A stretch of DNA of 64,000 nucleotides from an uncultured Bacteroides sp. (lineage in GTDB: Bacteria; Bacteroidota; Bacteroidia; Bacteroidales; Bacteroidaceae): NCBI GenBank assembly GCA_949285025.1, contig CASDXG010000015.1, positions 10,754 to 74,753 of the forward strand, written 5' to 3'. The position numbers and the translations under genes were made by a program. Below are positions 21,812-32,957 of this stretch, piece after piece. Position 1 is the stretch's first letter. Each line of letters begins with the position of its first letter. Below the pieces are notes generated by a model. That model was not told the origin of the DNA. It saw nothing but the letters and a program-made list of their open reading frames with translations, and made no database searches.

Positions 21812-22144
21812 ATGGATATAGATTCTGTCCTGACTGTTGTAATCATAGCGGTAGCAATGGGCTTTTCTGTAATGAAAAGTTATAAAAAGGAAAAACAAGC
21901 GAGCAAACCTAAGGGAAAGCAAGAGCCTGTATTTACGATTATGCAGGAGGATTCGGAAGAAATACCTGAAATTATTCCTGAAAAATCGGAATCTACGGTA
22001 AAAAAGGTCGGGAAAAATCAAGAGAAAGCATTGCCGTCATTGAAAAACCAGCCGGAGAAATCGGGAGACATTTCATTGAGAACTCCGGAAGATGCGCGGC
22101 GGGCTTTTATTTATTCTGAGATTTTCAACCGGAAATACAACTGA
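21812..22144 (+). CDS. Hypothetical membrane-anchored protein
   Basis: N-terminal TM helix, charged linker, C-terminal ARRAFIYSEIFNRKY. Own promoter TAtcTTTG at 21774-21781. Confidence 0.75.
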   Translation: MDIDSVLTVVIIAVAMGFSVMKSYKKEKQASKPKGKQEPVFTIMQEDSEEIPEIIPEKSESTVKKVGKNQEKALPSLKNQPEKSGDISLRTPEDARRAFIYSEIFNRKYN

Positions 22145-22177
22145 AAAAATAATTAATAAGATAATATCTAATGCCAT

Positions 22178-23674
22178 ATGGGTTTTAATTTTATGACCGC
22201 AGCTGAGGCTGCAAGTTTGATAAAAGACGGAGAAATTATCGGATTGAGCGGTTTTACCCCTGCCGGAAGTCCGAAAGCTGTTACGGCGGAACTGGCGAAA
22301 ATAGCTGAAGAAAAACATGCTCGTGGGGAACAATTTCAGATAGGAGTTATTACAGGGGCTTCGACGGGTGACTCGTGCGATGGGGCTCTTACCCGTGCGA
22401 AGGCGATTCGTTTTCGTGCACCTTACACGACAAATGCGGATTTCCGTAAGGCGGTTAATAACGGAGAAATCAGGTATACGGACATACACTTGTCGCAAGT
22501 TGCCCAACGTCTGCGTTCCGGTTTCTTAGGACATGTCGGGACTGCGATTATAGAAGCCTGCGATATTACAGAAGACGGGCGTATTTATCTTACAGCGGGT
22601 GTGGGAATTACACCGACAATAGCGCGTTTGGCCGATCGGATTATTGTGGAATTGAATGCAGCGCATAGTAAAAATATTATCGGGATGCACGATTTATATG
22701 AAATGGAGCGCCCGCCTTACCGCAGACCGATTCAAATTGTTCATCCGAGCGACCGTATCGGTTTGCCTTATATTCAGGTGGATCCTTCTAAAATTGTCGG
22801 AGTGATAGAAGTTAATATACCCGATGAGGCGAGAGGTTTTCATGCATCCGATCCTATTACAGACCGCATCGGGCAGAATGTGGCTGAGTTTCTTGCTTCC
22901 GATATGCGCAAGGGAATTATTCCATCCACGTTCTTGCCTCTTCAGTCGGGCGTAGGAAATATAGCAAATGCAGTGCTTAGTGCTTTGGGAAAAGACCCGA
23001 ATATTCCTGCATTTGAAATGTATACGGAGGTTATACAAAACTCAGTTATTGACCTAATCAAGGCCGGAAGAATTAAATTTGGAAGCACATGTTCTCTCAG
23101 TGTAACGAATGATTGTTTGCAAGAGATTTACGATGACATGAACTTCTTCCGGGACAAACTGATTCTTCGTCCGTCGGAAATTTCGAATTGCCCTGAGGTC
23201 GTTCGTCGTATCGGCGTGATAACCATGAATACAGCTATCGAGGCTGATATTTACGGGAACGTAAATTCAACGCATATTTGTGGCACGAAGATGATGAATG
23301 GTATCGGCGGTTCGGGTGACTTTACGAGAAGCGCTTATATTTCAATCTTTTCTTGTCCGTCGACGGCGAAGGGGGGATGTATCAGTTCTATCGTTCCTAT
23401 GGTTTCACATTTGGATCATAGTGAACATTCTGTCAATGTAATTATCACAGAACAAGGCGTTGCCGATCTTCGGGGAAAGAGTCCTATGGAGAGGGCTAAG
23501 GCGGTGATAGAAAACTGTGCTCACCCAGATTACAAGCAATTGCTTTGGGATTATCTGAAGATTTCGACGAAAGGGCAGACATGTCATAGCCTTTCTGCCG
23601 CTCTCGGAATGCATCAGGTCTTTATGATGAAGGGCGATATGCGTTTGACCGATTGGGCGGATTTTCTGAAATAG
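22178..23674 (+). CDS. Succinate CoA-transferase (acetyl-CoA hydrolase/transferase family)
   Basis: SGFTPAGSPKA, LQSGVGNIANAV, NGIGGSGDF and TEQGVADLRG motifs. Confidence 0.92.
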   Translation: MGFNFMTAAEAASLIKDGEIIGLSGFTPAGSPKAVTAELAKIAEEKHARGEQFQIGVITGASTGDSCDGALTRAKAIRFRAPYTTNADFRKAVNNGEIRYTDIHLSQVAQRLRSGFLGHVGTAIIEACDITEDGRIYLTAGVGITPTIARLADRIIVELNAAHSKNIIGMHDLYEMERPPYRRPIQIVHPSDRIGLPYIQVDPSKIVGVIEVNIPDEARGFHASDPITDRIGQNVAEFLASDMRKGIIPSTFLPLQSGVGNIANAVLSALGKDPNIPAFEMYTEVIQNSVIDLIKAGRIKFGSTCSLSVTNDCLQEIYDDMNFFRDKLILRPSEISNCPEVVRRIGVITMNTAIEADIYGNVNSTHICGTKMMNGIGGSGDFTRSAYISIFSCPSTAKGGCISSIVPMVSHLDHSEHSVNVIITEQGVADLRGKSPMERAKAVIENCAHPDYKQLLWDYLKISTKGQTCHSLSAALGMHQVFMMKGDMRLTDWADFLK

Positions 23675-23696
23675 AGGCATTTGTTATTTGAAATGC

Positions 23697-23752
23697 CGGC
23701 GGGGTGGAGATACAAAAACGGTATGGTTTGTATTTTCGCCCCGTTGTTTTTT
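23697..23752 (+). terminator. Terminator after CoA-transferase
   Basis: cggcggggtggagatacaaa...tttgtattttcgccccgttg followed by a T-run. Confidence 0.7.
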
Positions 23753-23891
23753 ACGGTTTCCGCAGTGCTTTTCAAGAAAACATGGCGTTGTTTTTATAAA
23801 TTGATTATTCTCTTAATTCCCAAACTCTTGCTATCTTTGCACGGCATAAAGAATCATAAATAAAAATCAACTATATAAATACCGTCAGGTT

Positions 23892-26726
23892 ATGGAATAT
23901 AATTTCAGAGAGATCGAACAGAAATGGCAAAAACGTTGGGTGGAAAATAAAACCTATCAGGTTACGGAAGATGACTCGAAACAGAAGTTTTACGTGTTGA
24001 ACATGTTTCCTTATCCATCGGGAGCCGGACTTCACGTTGGACACCCGTTAGGATATATTGCAAGCGACATATACGCCCGTTATAAACGCCAGCAGGGTTT
24101 TAATGTATTAAACCCTATGGGGTATGATGCTTACGGCTTGCCGGCAGAGCAATATGCCATTCAAACGGGGCAACATCCGGCCGTTACAACGGTAAACAAT
24201 ATTAATCGTTATCGTGAACAATTAGATAAAATCGGATTTTCTTTTGACTGGACTCGTGAGGTGCGTACATGCGAACCGGGATATTACCATTGGACTCAGT
24301 GGGCTTTCCAGCAGATGTTCAACAGTTATTACTGTAATCGTCGGAAAAAAGCATGTCCGGTCAGTGAGTTGATTGCTGCTTTTGAAAAGCAAGGAACGAA
24401 GGATTTGGATGTGGCCTGCAGCGAAGATTTGGATTTTACAGCCGAAGAATGGAATGGGAAAACAGAGAAGGAACAGCAGGAGATACTGATGAATTACCGC
24501 ATTGCTTATCTTGGAGAAACAATGGTAAACTGGTGTCCGAAGCTGGGGACTGTGTTGGCCAACGACGAAGTTATCGACGGAGTTTCTGCTCGCGGCGGTT
24601 ATCCTGTGGTGCAGAAGAGGATGCGTCAATGGTGCTTGCGCGTTTCTGCTTACGCACAACGGCTGCTTGACGGACTGGATACGGTAGATTGGACAGATTC
24701 TCTGAAGGAAACCCAGCGGAATTGGATAGGCCGGTCGGAAGGAGCAGAAGTTCGTTTTAAGGTAAAAGACAGCGACTTGGAGTTCACAATCTTCACGACC
24801 CGTGCCGATACAATGTTTGGTGTTACATTTATGGTGCTCGCTCCTGAGAGTGAACTTGTGCCGCAGTTGACTACAGCGGCACAGAAAACAGAAGTGGATG
24901 CTTATTTGGATAGAACAAAAAAACGCACCGAACGTGAAAGGATTTCCGATCGTCGTGTAACGGGCGTCTTCAGCGGCTCGTATGCAATTAATCCGTTTAC
25001 CGGTGAAGCTGTGCCAATTTGGATTAGCGATTACGTGCTGGCCGGTTATGGAACCGGCGCTATTATGGCTGTTCCGGCGCATGATAGTCGGGATTACGCT
25101 TTCGCAAAACATTTTAATCTTCCTATTGTACCTTTGGTAAAAGGCTGTGATGTGAGTGAAGAGAGCTTCGATGCCAAAGAAGGAATTGTATGTAATTCTC
25201 CGAAGGCGGGCGTAACTCCTTATTGTGATTTGAACTTAAACGGACTGACAATTAAGGAAGCTATTGCCGCAACAAAAGAATATGTAAAAAAACATAACTT
25301 GGGACGTGTAAAGGTCAACTTCCGTCTTCGTGATGCAATATTCTCACGCCAGCGTTATTGGGGCGAACCTTTTCCTGTATATTATAAGGAAGGAATCCCG
25401 TATATGATTGATGAAACCAGATTGCCGCTCGAATTGCCGGAAGTCGATAAATTCCTTCCTACTGAGAACGGAGAACCGCCTTTGGGACATGCTAACCGTT
25501 GGGCCTGGGATGTAGAAAAGGGTGAAGTAGTAGAAAATTCGAGAATCGATAACGTAAACGTTTTCCCCCTTGAACTGAATACCATGCCCGGTTTTGCCGG
25601 ATCAAGCGCATATTATTTGCGTTACATGGATCCGCATGACGATAAAGCTCTCGTTTCAGACAAGGCCGCACGCTATTGGCAGAATGTGGATCTTTACGTC
25701 GGTGGTACGGAACATGCTACCGGACATCTTATTTATTCCCGTTTTTGGAATAAATTCCTTTTCGATTTGGGGGTAAGCGTAACGGAAGAACCGTTTAAAA
25801 AGTTGGTAAATCAGGGGATGATTCAGGGCAGAAGTAACTTTGTTTACCGTATTAAGGATACAAATACATTTGTGTCTTTCGGCTTGAAGAATGAATACGA
25901 TGTCACTCCGCTTCACGTAGATGTGAATATTGTTTCGAACGATATTCTGGACGTTGAGGCATTTAAAGCATGGAGACCTGAATATGCAAATGCCGAATTT
26001 ATACTGGAAGACGGCAAATACGTCTGCGGATGGGCGGTAGAGAAAATGAGTAAATCGATGTATAATGTGGTAAATCCCGATATGATTGTCGAGAAGTACG
26101 GAGCAGATACTCTGCGTATGTATGAAATGTTTTTAGGTCCTGTAGAGCAATCAAAACCGTGGGATACGAACGGGATAGACGGTGTGCATCGTTTTCTTAA
26201 GAAACTTTGGACGTTGTTTTACAGTCGCACTGGGGAATTCCTGCCCGTAGACGGGGAGCCTTCTCGCGACGAATTGAAATCAATACATAAGTTGATTAAA
26301 AAAGTATCGGGCGACATTGAAGTGTTCTCCTACAATACTTCTGTCAGTGCATTTATGATTTGTGTGAATGAACTCATGGCGTTGAAATGCCGAAATAAGG
26401 GCGTTTTGAGTGATTTGATTGCGGTGATTGCGCCGTTTGCACCGCATTTGGCAGAAGAACTGTGGGAGGCATTAGGTCATGCCACTTCAGTTTGCGATGC
26501 TCAGTGGCCTGCTTTTAATGAAGAATATCTGAAAGAAGATACCGTAAAATATACGATTTCCTTCAATGGGAAGGCACGCTTTACTTTAGATTTTGCGGCA
26601 GATGCCGATAACGAAACGATTCAAACGACGGTAATGAACCATGAGTTGTCTCAAAAATGGATTGATGGGAAAACTCCGAAAAAGGTAATTATCGTTCCGA
26701 AGAAGATTGTAAATATCGTGTTATAA
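23892..26726 (+). CDS. leuS: Leucine--tRNA ligase
   Basis: [14 protein letters not shown] and KMSKS motifs. Promoter TAtcTTTG at 23832-23839. Confidence 0.98.
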   Translation: MEYNFREIEQKWQKRWVENKTYQVTEDDSKQKFYVLNMFPYPSGAGLHVGHPLGYIASDIYARYKRQQGFNVLNPMGYDAYGLPAEQYAIQTGQHPAVTTVNNINRYREQLDKIGFSFDWTREVRTCEPGYYHWTQWAFQQMFNSYYCNRRKKACPVSELIAAFEKQGTKDLDVACSEDLDFTAEEWNGKTEKEQQEILMNYRIAYLGETMVNWCPKLGTVLANDEVIDGVSARGGYPVVQKRMRQWCLRVSAYAQRLLDGLDTVDWTDSLKETQRNWIGRSEGAEVRFKVKDSDLEFTIFTTRADTMFGVTFMVLAPESELVPQLTTAAQKTEVDAYLDRTKKRTERERISDRRVTGVFSGSYAINPFTGEAVPIWISDYVLAGYGTGAIMAVPAHDSRDYAFAKHFNLPIVPLVKGCDVSEESFDAKEGIVCNSPKAGVTPYCDLNLNGLTIKEAIAATKEYVKKHNLGRVKVNFRLRDAIFSRQRYWGEPFPVYYKEGIPYMIDETRLPLELPEVDKFLPTENGEPPLGHANRWAWDVEKGEVVENSRIDNVNVFPLELNTMPGFAGSSAYYLRYMDPHDDKALVSDKAARYWQNVDLYVGGTEHATGHLIYSRFWNKFLFDLGVSVTEEPFKKLVNQGMIQGRSNFVYRIKDTNTFVSFGLKNEYDVTPLHVDVNIVSNDILDVEAFKAWRPEYANAEFILEDGKYVCGWAVEKMSKSMYNVVNPDMIVEKYGADTLRMYEMFLGPVEQSKPWDTNGIDGVHRFLKKLWTLFYSRTGEFLPVDGEPSRDELKSIHKLIKKVSGDIEVFSYNTSVSAFMICVNELMALKCRNKGVLSDLIAVIAPFAPHLAEELWEALGHATSVCDAQWPAFNEEYLKEDTVKYTISFNGKARFTLDFAADADNETIQTTVMNHELSQKWIDGKTPKKVIIVPKKIVNIVL

Positions 26727-26735
26727 TCCGGTTTT

Positions 26736-27632
26736 ATGGTAGGAACTCTTCAGAAGAAGATAAAAAGAGAATCGAAGGATTATTTGGCCATCACATTCGG
26801 TTTGGTATGCTATGCCATCGGATGGGTGGCTTTCCTTTTGCCTTATCAGATAACGACAGGCGGAGTAAGCGGTATAGCGGCCATTATTTACTATGCTACG
26901 GGGGTAGAAATGCAGTATTCTTACTTTATTATCAATGCGGTATTTCTCGGTTTTGCATTGAAAATATTGGGGCCTAAATTTAGTTTAAAGACGGTATATG
27001 CTATTTTTATGCTGACATTCCTGTTATGGTTCTTCCAGCTTCTGATGAAAGATGAAGGGGGAAACCTGCCTCAACTGTTGGGAAGCGGGCAAGATTTCAT
27101 GGCGTGTGTGATAGGAGCCGGAATGTTGGGTTTTGGAATCGGTATCGTTTTCAGTAATAATGGCAGTACCGGGGGGACAGATATAATAGCCTGGATAATC
27201 AATAAATACCGCGATATAACATTGGGGCGCATGATGATGTATTGTGATATTATCATCATTTCATCGTGTTATTTTATCTTCCATGACTGGAAACGGGTAC
27301 TTTTCGGCTTCTGTGTGCTGTTTATTATGAGCATTGTTATCGATTATGTGGTCAACAGTACCCGTCAGTCTGTACAGTTCCTTATTTTCTCCCGTAAATA
27401 CGAGGAGATAGCCGAAGCAATTTCCACGCAGATAGATAGGGGAGTAACTCTTCTTGATGGAAAAGGATGGTACAGTAAGCAGGATATCAAGGTCGTGGTC
27501 GTATTGGCAAAAAAGCGTGAATCTCTTGACATATTCCGTTTGGTGAAAGATATCGACCCGGACGCGTTTGTTTCACAAAGCAATGTTGTGGGAGTATATG
27601 GCGAAGGGTTTGACAAGCTAAAAGTAAAGTAA
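26736..27632 (+). CDS. YitT family membrane protein
   Basis: TGGVSGIA and GSTGGTDIIA motifs, C-terminal RGVT...IDPDAF...VYGEGF. Confidence 0.88.
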   Translation: MVGTLQKKIKRESKDYLAITFGLVCYAIGWVAFLLPYQITTGGVSGIAAIIYYATGVEMQYSYFIINAVFLGFALKILGPKFSLKTVYAIFMLTFLLWFFQLLMKDEGGNLPQLLGSGQDFMACVIGAGMLGFGIGIVFSNNGSTGGTDIIAWIINKYRDITLGRMMMYCDIIIISSCYFIFHDWKRVLFGFCVLFIMSIVIDYVVNSTRQSVQFLIFSRKYEEIAEAISTQIDRGVTLLDGKGWYSKQDIKVVVVLAKKRESLDIFRLVKDIDPDAFVSQSNVVGVYGEGFDKLKVK

Positions 27633-27700
27633 TAAGAAACCTATTGTTTTTTATTGTGGAAAGATTTTGACTTTGGGCTGAAATATTAAAATGTTTGCAA

Positions 27701-30013
27701 ATGAAAATCCCATTGTTTTATGTATTCTCTGTCGTTATTTCTTTACATGTACAGGCGCAGACATTAACAGGTAAAGTATTTGATGAACTGAAACAACCGT
27801 TACCTTATGCAAATGTGGTGTTGCTGACATCGCAGGATTCGGTGTTTGTGGAAGGAACGGTAACCGATAAGGACGGCCGTTTTTCGTTGTTTAAGGTATC
27901 AGAAAATGCTTGTCTGATACGGATATCTTCCATTGGTTACCGCACGGAGTATCACCTTTTGCCGGAAAATCAGTATTCCGAATTGGTGATGGAGATGAAA
28001 CCCGATGCTGTTTTGCTGCAAGAAGCTGTAGTTACGGGACATCGTCCTACGTATAAGATGGAGGGGAACAGTCTGATAACTGAAGTCTCAAATTCTCTTT
28101 TAAGCAATTTGGGTAGTGCGGAAGATGTGTTATCTCATATACCTTTGGTGCAGAAAAGCAATGAAGGGATTACGGTTTTCGGCAAAGGAACGCCTCTTAT
28201 TTATTTGAACGGGAGAGTTTTGCGCGATATGAATGAGCTGAAACGGTTGAATGCAAAAGATATAAAAAATATAGAAGTCATTACAAATCCAGGTGCGGAA
28301 TACGATGCGACTGTCAAGGCGGTGGTAAAAATCAAAACCGTGAAACCGCAAGGCGAAGGAGCCGGCGGGCAGTTATGGGTAAAAGGTGCCCGGCATGAAA
28401 AATTCAATCACGAGGAACAACTTAGTCTGAACTATCGTAAAGGGGGATTCGATGTGTTCGGCAGTTTTTATTATTCACATCAAAACAGACATACAGCGCA
28501 GCATGATATACATCATATCGAAACGAGTAATGTATGGGATCATGATGCATTGCTCGATATATACTCAAAGACAGAGTACTTGAATGCCGACGGGGGAATA
28601 AACTATATGGTAAACGACCGTCATTCATTGGGGGCGAAATACAGTTTTTCCCGAACTCCGGAGATGATTGCCGATTTGCCTTCATTCTATCATATTCTTC
28701 TTGATGGAGAATGGTACGATAATCAGACCTATCAGCGTGTGTGGTCCGGTTCAGATTATTCACATCTTCTGAATATATATTATGCGGGGACGGTAGGGAA
28801 GTTGGGTATAGATTTCAATGCCGATTACTATCGGGGGAGAGATACAAGGGCTCAATTGACCGATGAGACGAGCGAATCGCAGGAGAGCCGTGAAGTCTCT
28901 TCGCAAAATGAAGTAAACAATCGGTTGTATGCGGCGAAGTTGGTATTGACACATCCGGCAGGAAAAGGAGAGATAAAGGGTGGTGCGGAGTTCAGTGCAA
29001 CCCGTCGTACCGATTGGTATGACAATGAACAATCTTATCTTCCTTCATCGGATACGAAAAACGAAGAAGACAAAACAGCTGTTTTTGCCGAATATTCCAT
29101 TGCTTTCGGGCAATTGCAGGCAGTGGCCGGTTTGCGCTATGAACATGTCGTTTCGGATTATTTCAACGGGGAAATGCGGATGGATGAGCAAAGCCGTACG
29201 TATGATAATATATTGCCGGGCGTTTCATTGTCGTTCCCGTTTCGGAAAACCCGATGGTCTGTCAGTTACACGGCCAAAACGCGCCGTCCTTCTTATGGGG
29301 AATTGAGCAGTAACGTTCAGTATAATGACCGCTTTACTTACGAGGGAGGCAACCCGTTTTTACAGCCGGAAACTCTTCATGATATGACGGTGATGGGGAA
29401 TTATCGTTGGGCTCAGCTGATGATTAATTACATTTACAAGAAAGATGCGATTCAGATGTCGGGAGAGCCTTATGAGGGTGCTCCGGAAATAACGCTGTTT
29501 TCCACGAAGAATTACGACAAGCAGCAGATTTTGAATCTTTCTTTGGTGCTTTCCCCTAAGATAGGATGCTGGGAACCTGTGTTGAGCCTGCTGATGTCTC
29601 AACAATATTTCTCCATAGAAAATTTGGGGGCAGAGCGTAAAATGAACAATCCTACGGGGATATTTACGTTGGATAATAACTTCCGTTTAGGAAAAGGGTG
29701 GACAGCCAATGCCATGATATATGCTCAGACGGCCGGAGAATTCGGAATTTTAGAGCTTCGGCCGAAAGCGTATGTCAATCTGAGTGTGAATAAATCTTTT
29801 TTAAGTGACTGTTTAAACTTCCGTCTGGACGTAAAGGATCCGTTTGCAACAAACCGTCAAAAATATTTGGTTCGCGGTACATCCATGACATTCGACAAAG
29901 ACTGTTATAACGACGAACGGGGTGTATCTTTAAGCATAACCTATCGTTTCAATGCATCATCAAGTAAATACAAGGGAACCGGCGCGGCCAATGAAGAATT
30001 GGAACGGCTATAA
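27701..30013 (+). CDS. TonB-dependent-receptor-like outer-membrane beta-barrel protein
   Basis: Signal peptide, carboxypeptidase-regulatory-like N domain (QPLPYANVVL...GTVTDKDGRFSL), plug-like IEVITNPGAEYDA, GNPFLQPE, C-terminal YRFN...KYKGTGAANEELERL. Confidence 0.8.
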   Translation: MKIPLFYVFSVVISLHVQAQTLTGKVFDELKQPLPYANVVLLTSQDSVFVEGTVTDKDGRFSLFKVSENACLIRISSIGYRTEYHLLPENQYSELVMEMKPDAVLLQEAVVTGHRPTYKMEGNSLITEVSNSLLSNLGSAEDVLSHIPLVQKSNEGITVFGKGTPLIYLNGRVLRDMNELKRLNAKDIKNIEVITNPGAEYDATVKAVVKIKTVKPQGEGAGGQLWVKGARHEKFNHEEQLSLNYRKGGFDVFGSFYYSHQNRHTAQHDIHHIETSNVWDHDALLDIYSKTEYLNADGGINYMVNDRHSLGAKYSFSRTPEMIADLPSFYHILLDGEWYDNQTYQRVWSGSDYSHLLNIYYAGTVGKLGIDFNADYYRGRDTRAQLTDETSESQESREVSSQNEVNNRLYAAKLVLTHPAGKGEIKGGAEFSATRRTDWYDNEQSYLPSSDTKNEEDKTAVFAEYSIAFGQLQAVAGLRYEHVVSDYFNGEMRMDEQSRTYDNILPGVSLSFPFRKTRWSVSYTAKTRRPSYGELSSNVQYNDRFTYEGGNPFLQPETLHDMTVMGNYRWAQLMINYIYKKDAIQMSGEPYEGAPEITLFSTKNYDKQQILNLSLVLSPKIGCWEPVLSLLMSQQYFSIENLGAERKMNNPTGIFTLDNNFRLGKGWTANAMIYAQTAGEFGILELRPKAYVNLSVNKSFLSDCLNFRLDVKDPFATNRQKYLVRGTSMTFDKDCYNDERGVSLSITYRFNASSSKYKGTGAANEELERL

Positions 30014-30062
30014 CCGATAAAATTCGTACCTTTGCATAAAGAAAAGAAGACTATACGGAACA

Positions 30063-30644
30063 ATGAAAAAAAGATTGGTTTTTGCAACGAAGAACGCCCA
30101 TAAGCTGGAAGAGATTCGGGCTATATTGGGCGATACTGTGGAGATTCTGAGTTTGAACGATATAAATTGTCATGAAGATATACCCGAAACTGCTGATACG
30201 CTGGAAGGGAATGCTGTACAGAAAGCGGAATTTATTTATAAGCGATACGGAATAGATTGTTTTGCAGACGATACAGGCTTGGAAGTTGAGGCTTTGGGCG
30301 GAGCTCCGGGCGTATATTCTGCACGCTATGCCGGCGGTGAAGGACACGATTCGGAAGCGAATATGAAAAAGTTGCTGGCAGAACTTGACGGACAGAAAGA
30401 CCGTATGGCGCAATTTCGTACTGTAATTTGCCTGATAGAGGCAGGAGTGAAGCATTTGTTCGAAGGCGTGGTAAAAGGTGAAATAATCGAAGAAAAACGC
30501 GGTAAAACAGGGTTCGGTTACGACCCGATCTTCGTCCCTGAAGGATATGATGAGACTTTTGCCGAAATGGGGGGTGAGGAAAAAAATAGAATAAGCCACC
30601 GTGCTCGTGCGGTGCAGGCGTTGTGTGCTTATCTCAATCAGTAA
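30063..30644 (+). CDS. rdgB: Non-canonical purine NTP pyrophosphatase (RdgB/HAM1)
   Basis: [22 protein letters not shown] and KNRISHR motifs. Promoter TAccTTTG at 30027-30034. Confidence 0.95.
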   Translation: MKKRLVFATKNAHKLEEIRAILGDTVEILSLNDINCHEDIPETADTLEGNAVQKAEFIYKRYGIDCFADDTGLEVEALGGAPGVYSARYAGGEGHDSEANMKKLLAELDGQKDRMAQFRTVICLIEAGVKHLFEGVVKGEIIEEKRGKTGFGYDPIFVPEGYDETFAEMGGEEKNRISHRARAVQALCAYLNQ

Positions 30645-30675
30645 GTTTTTTAAAAATTACGCTGTGATATGCAGA

Positions 30676-30736
30676 GAAACATCCCGATATTTCAGTTAAA
30701 AGATGTCGTCTTTTTTATGAAATATCGGGATGTTTT
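30676..30736. repeat. Array of three AAAAS-N8-STTTT units, outer units forming a terminator-like inverted repeat
   Basis: gaaac-atcccgat-atttc (30676), aaaag-atgtcgtc-ttttt (30698), gaaat-atcgggat-gtttt (30719). Confidence 0.6.
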
Positions 30737-30770
30737 CTTTTACTGATTTCGATGTCTGTAGGATATCGGT

Positions 30771-31694
30771 TCAGTTTTTGCGGTATTGAATAAATTTCTT
30801 TTCCACTTTGCGATAGGTTGGCATATCCACGTTGAGGCGTTCTCCCAAGTCAATCATGTCGAAAAGCAAACCTTGAATCTCCGATTCATGTCCCCGAGCA
30901 AGGTCTTTCTGCATTGAGGCAGTCGAGGCCGGTGCGAGTTTGTCTATAACTTTTAGATTGTAAGTTACGGGATCTTTCGGAAAACTGACGCCCGATTTTC
31001 TTCCGATTTCTGCACTTTCCTGTGAAAGTCCGATGAATAAGTCGCGTATTTCTCCGGGTTGTTGTACTGCGCCCATCGGTACATCGAAGAAAGCGCCTGT
31101 GCATGCCATTGCAGAGATGAAAGCCCATTTTATAAAAGTATCGCGGTTAATATCATCGGACACATCGGCTTTTATGCCGCAGGAGCGAAGTTCATCGGCA
31201 ATTTCTTCTAATTGTCTGTTATCGATGCCCTGCTCGGGACGGGCACCGTAAACCAATCGGAAGATTGTTCCCATCTGGCTGATTTCTCCTTCTCCCGAGA
31301 CGAAACCTACGATATAAATGCAGCCGTCTAACACCTTGATACCGGGAACGGATTGGCCGATACGCAGTCCTGTACCATAAACATTTAGAATCGGTATGAC
31401 TAATGTCTCGGGTTTGGAAGCACGTTTCAGCAAATCTTTGATAGAATCAATGGAATATCCTTTCACACAAACGAAAATTACGTCTGCTTTACCGTTATAC
31501 TCTTCCGAAGTGCAGGCTTCTATCGGCAAGAAGTGTTCACCTTTTAAATCCGATTTCAGGTGTAAACCGTTTTGTTGAATGGCAGCAAGGTGTTTTCCTC
31601 TTGCGATGCAGGAAACCTGTTTCCCTGCCAAAGCCAGAAAACCGGCAATACATCCTCCGACACCGCCGGTTCCGATGATCAGATATTTTCTCAT
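30771..31694 (-). CDS. panE: 2-dehydropantoate 2-reductase (PanE/ApbA family)
   Basis: IIGTGGVG Rossmann motif, VCVKGY and SMQKDL...SEI. Confidence 0.82.
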   Translation of the reverse strand: MRKYLIIGTGGVGGCIAGFLALAGKQVSCIARGKHLAAIQQNGLHLKSDLKGEHFLPIEACTSEEYNGKADVIFVCVKGYSIDSIKDLLKRASKPETLVIPILNVYGTGLRIGQSVPGIKVLDGCIYIVGFVSGEGEISQMGTIFRLVYGARPEQGIDNRQLEEIADELRSCGIKADVSDDINRDTFIKWAFISAMACTGAFFDVPMGAVQQPGEIRDLFIGLSQESAEIGRKSGVSFPKDPVTYNLKVIDKLAPASTASMQKDLARGHESEIQGLLFDMIDLGERLNVDMPTYRKVEKKFIQYRKN

Positions 31695-31704
31695 ATTATG
31701 TATG

Positions 31705-32808
31705 TTATACGTTGAAACGGAAGTGCATGATATCGCCGTCTTCCACTATGTAATCCTTGCCTTCTATGTTCAGTTTACCGGCTTCTCGTACAGCAGCCTC
31801 CGAGCCGTAACTGATATAATCGTTATATTTTATGACTTCGGCACGGATAAATCCCTTTTCAAAATCGGTATGAATTACTCCGGCGCACTGAGGAGCTTTC
31901 CATCCTTTATGGAAAGTCCAAGCACGAACTTCCATCTTTCCTGCAGTGAAAAACGTTTCAAGATTCAGAAGTTTGTAGGCCGATCGGATCAGGCGGTTCA
32001 CTCCCGATTCTTCCAGACCTATTTCTTGCAGGAACATCTGGCGGTCTTCGTATGTTTCCAGTTCGGCGATGTCGGCTTCTGTTTTTGCTGCAACAATTAA
32101 GATTTCTGCACCTTCTTCTTTGACTGCTTCACGGACTTGGTCCACATACTTGTTTCCATTTATGGCACTGCCTTCATCTACGTTGCATACATACATGACA
32201 GGCTTTGCGGTCAGCAGGAATAAATCGTGAGCGATACGCTGTTCGTCTTTGGTTTCAAACTGTACAGTTCTCGCCGATTTTCCTTGTGATAAAGCTTCTT
32301 TATAGCGAAGCAGGACTTCGTATGTCTGCTTAGCCGTTTTATCGCCTCCCGTTTGAGCTTGTTTCTGTACTCGTTGAATACGGCTTTCTATTGTTTCGAG
32401 ATCCTTTAATTGTAGTTCCGTATCAATGATTTCTTTGTCGCGTACCGGATTGATGTTGCCATCAACATGTGTAACATTCTCGTCTTCGAAGCAACGTAGA
32501 ACGTGTAAAATAGCATCGGTTTCGCGTATGTTTGCAAGGAATTTATTTCCCAATCCTTCTCCTTTGCTGGCACCTTTCACCAGACCGGCGATGTCAACGA
32601 TTTCAACTGTTGTAGGAACGATGCGGTCCGGATTTACTAATGCTGCCAGTTTATTGAGGCGTTCATCCGGGACTGTGATGACACCGACATTAGGTTCTAT
32701 CGTGCAAAACGGGAAATTGGCAGCTTGTGCTTTTGCGTTCGACAGACAATTGAATAAAGTAGACTTGCCTACATTTGGTAGGCCGACGATACCACATTGT
32801 AAAGCCAT
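31705..32808 (-). CDS. ychF: Redox-regulated ATPase YchF
   Basis: GLPNVGKST, NFPFCTIEPN and DIAGLVKGAS motifs. Promoter at 32861-32868. Confidence 0.97.
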   Translation of the reverse strand: MALQCGIVGLPNVGKSTLFNCLSNAKAQAANFPFCTIEPNVGVITVPDERLNKLAALVNPDRIVPTTVEIVDIAGLVKGASKGEGLGNKFLANIRETDAILHVLRCFEDENVTHVDGNINPVRDKEIIDTELQLKDLETIESRIQRVQKQAQTGGDKTAKQTYEVLLRYKEALSQGKSARTVQFETKDEQRIAHDLFLLTAKPVMYVCNVDEGSAINGNKYVDQVREAVKEEGAEILIVAAKTEADIAELETYEDRQMFLQEIGLEESGVNRLIRSAYKLLNLETFFTAGKMEVRAWTFHKGWKAPQCAGVIHTDFEKGFIRAEVIKYNDYISYGSEAAVREAGKLNIEGKDYIVEDGDIMHFRFNV

Positions 32809-32893
32809 AAGTATGTTTTTTTATTTATTTCTTATAGAGACACTAAAAAAAATATCGTTGCAAAGGTATTCATTTCCTATGGTTTAAACAAAG

Positions 32894-32927
32894 GAATGGC
32901 GGCTTATCTCCGTGTAAGCCGCCATTG
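32894..32927 (-). terminator. Hairpin terminator after GH95 gene
   Basis: aatggcggctta...taagccgccatt inverted repeat. Confidence 0.6.
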
Positions 32928-32957
32928 TCGGGTAAAAATATCAAGTCAATATAAATT

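Noticed and set aside
24222-25112. 296-aa ORF antisense to leuS, and the many other short antisense or overlapping ORFs in the track
   Set aside because: These are shadow frames of well-conserved genes with no recognisable motifs.
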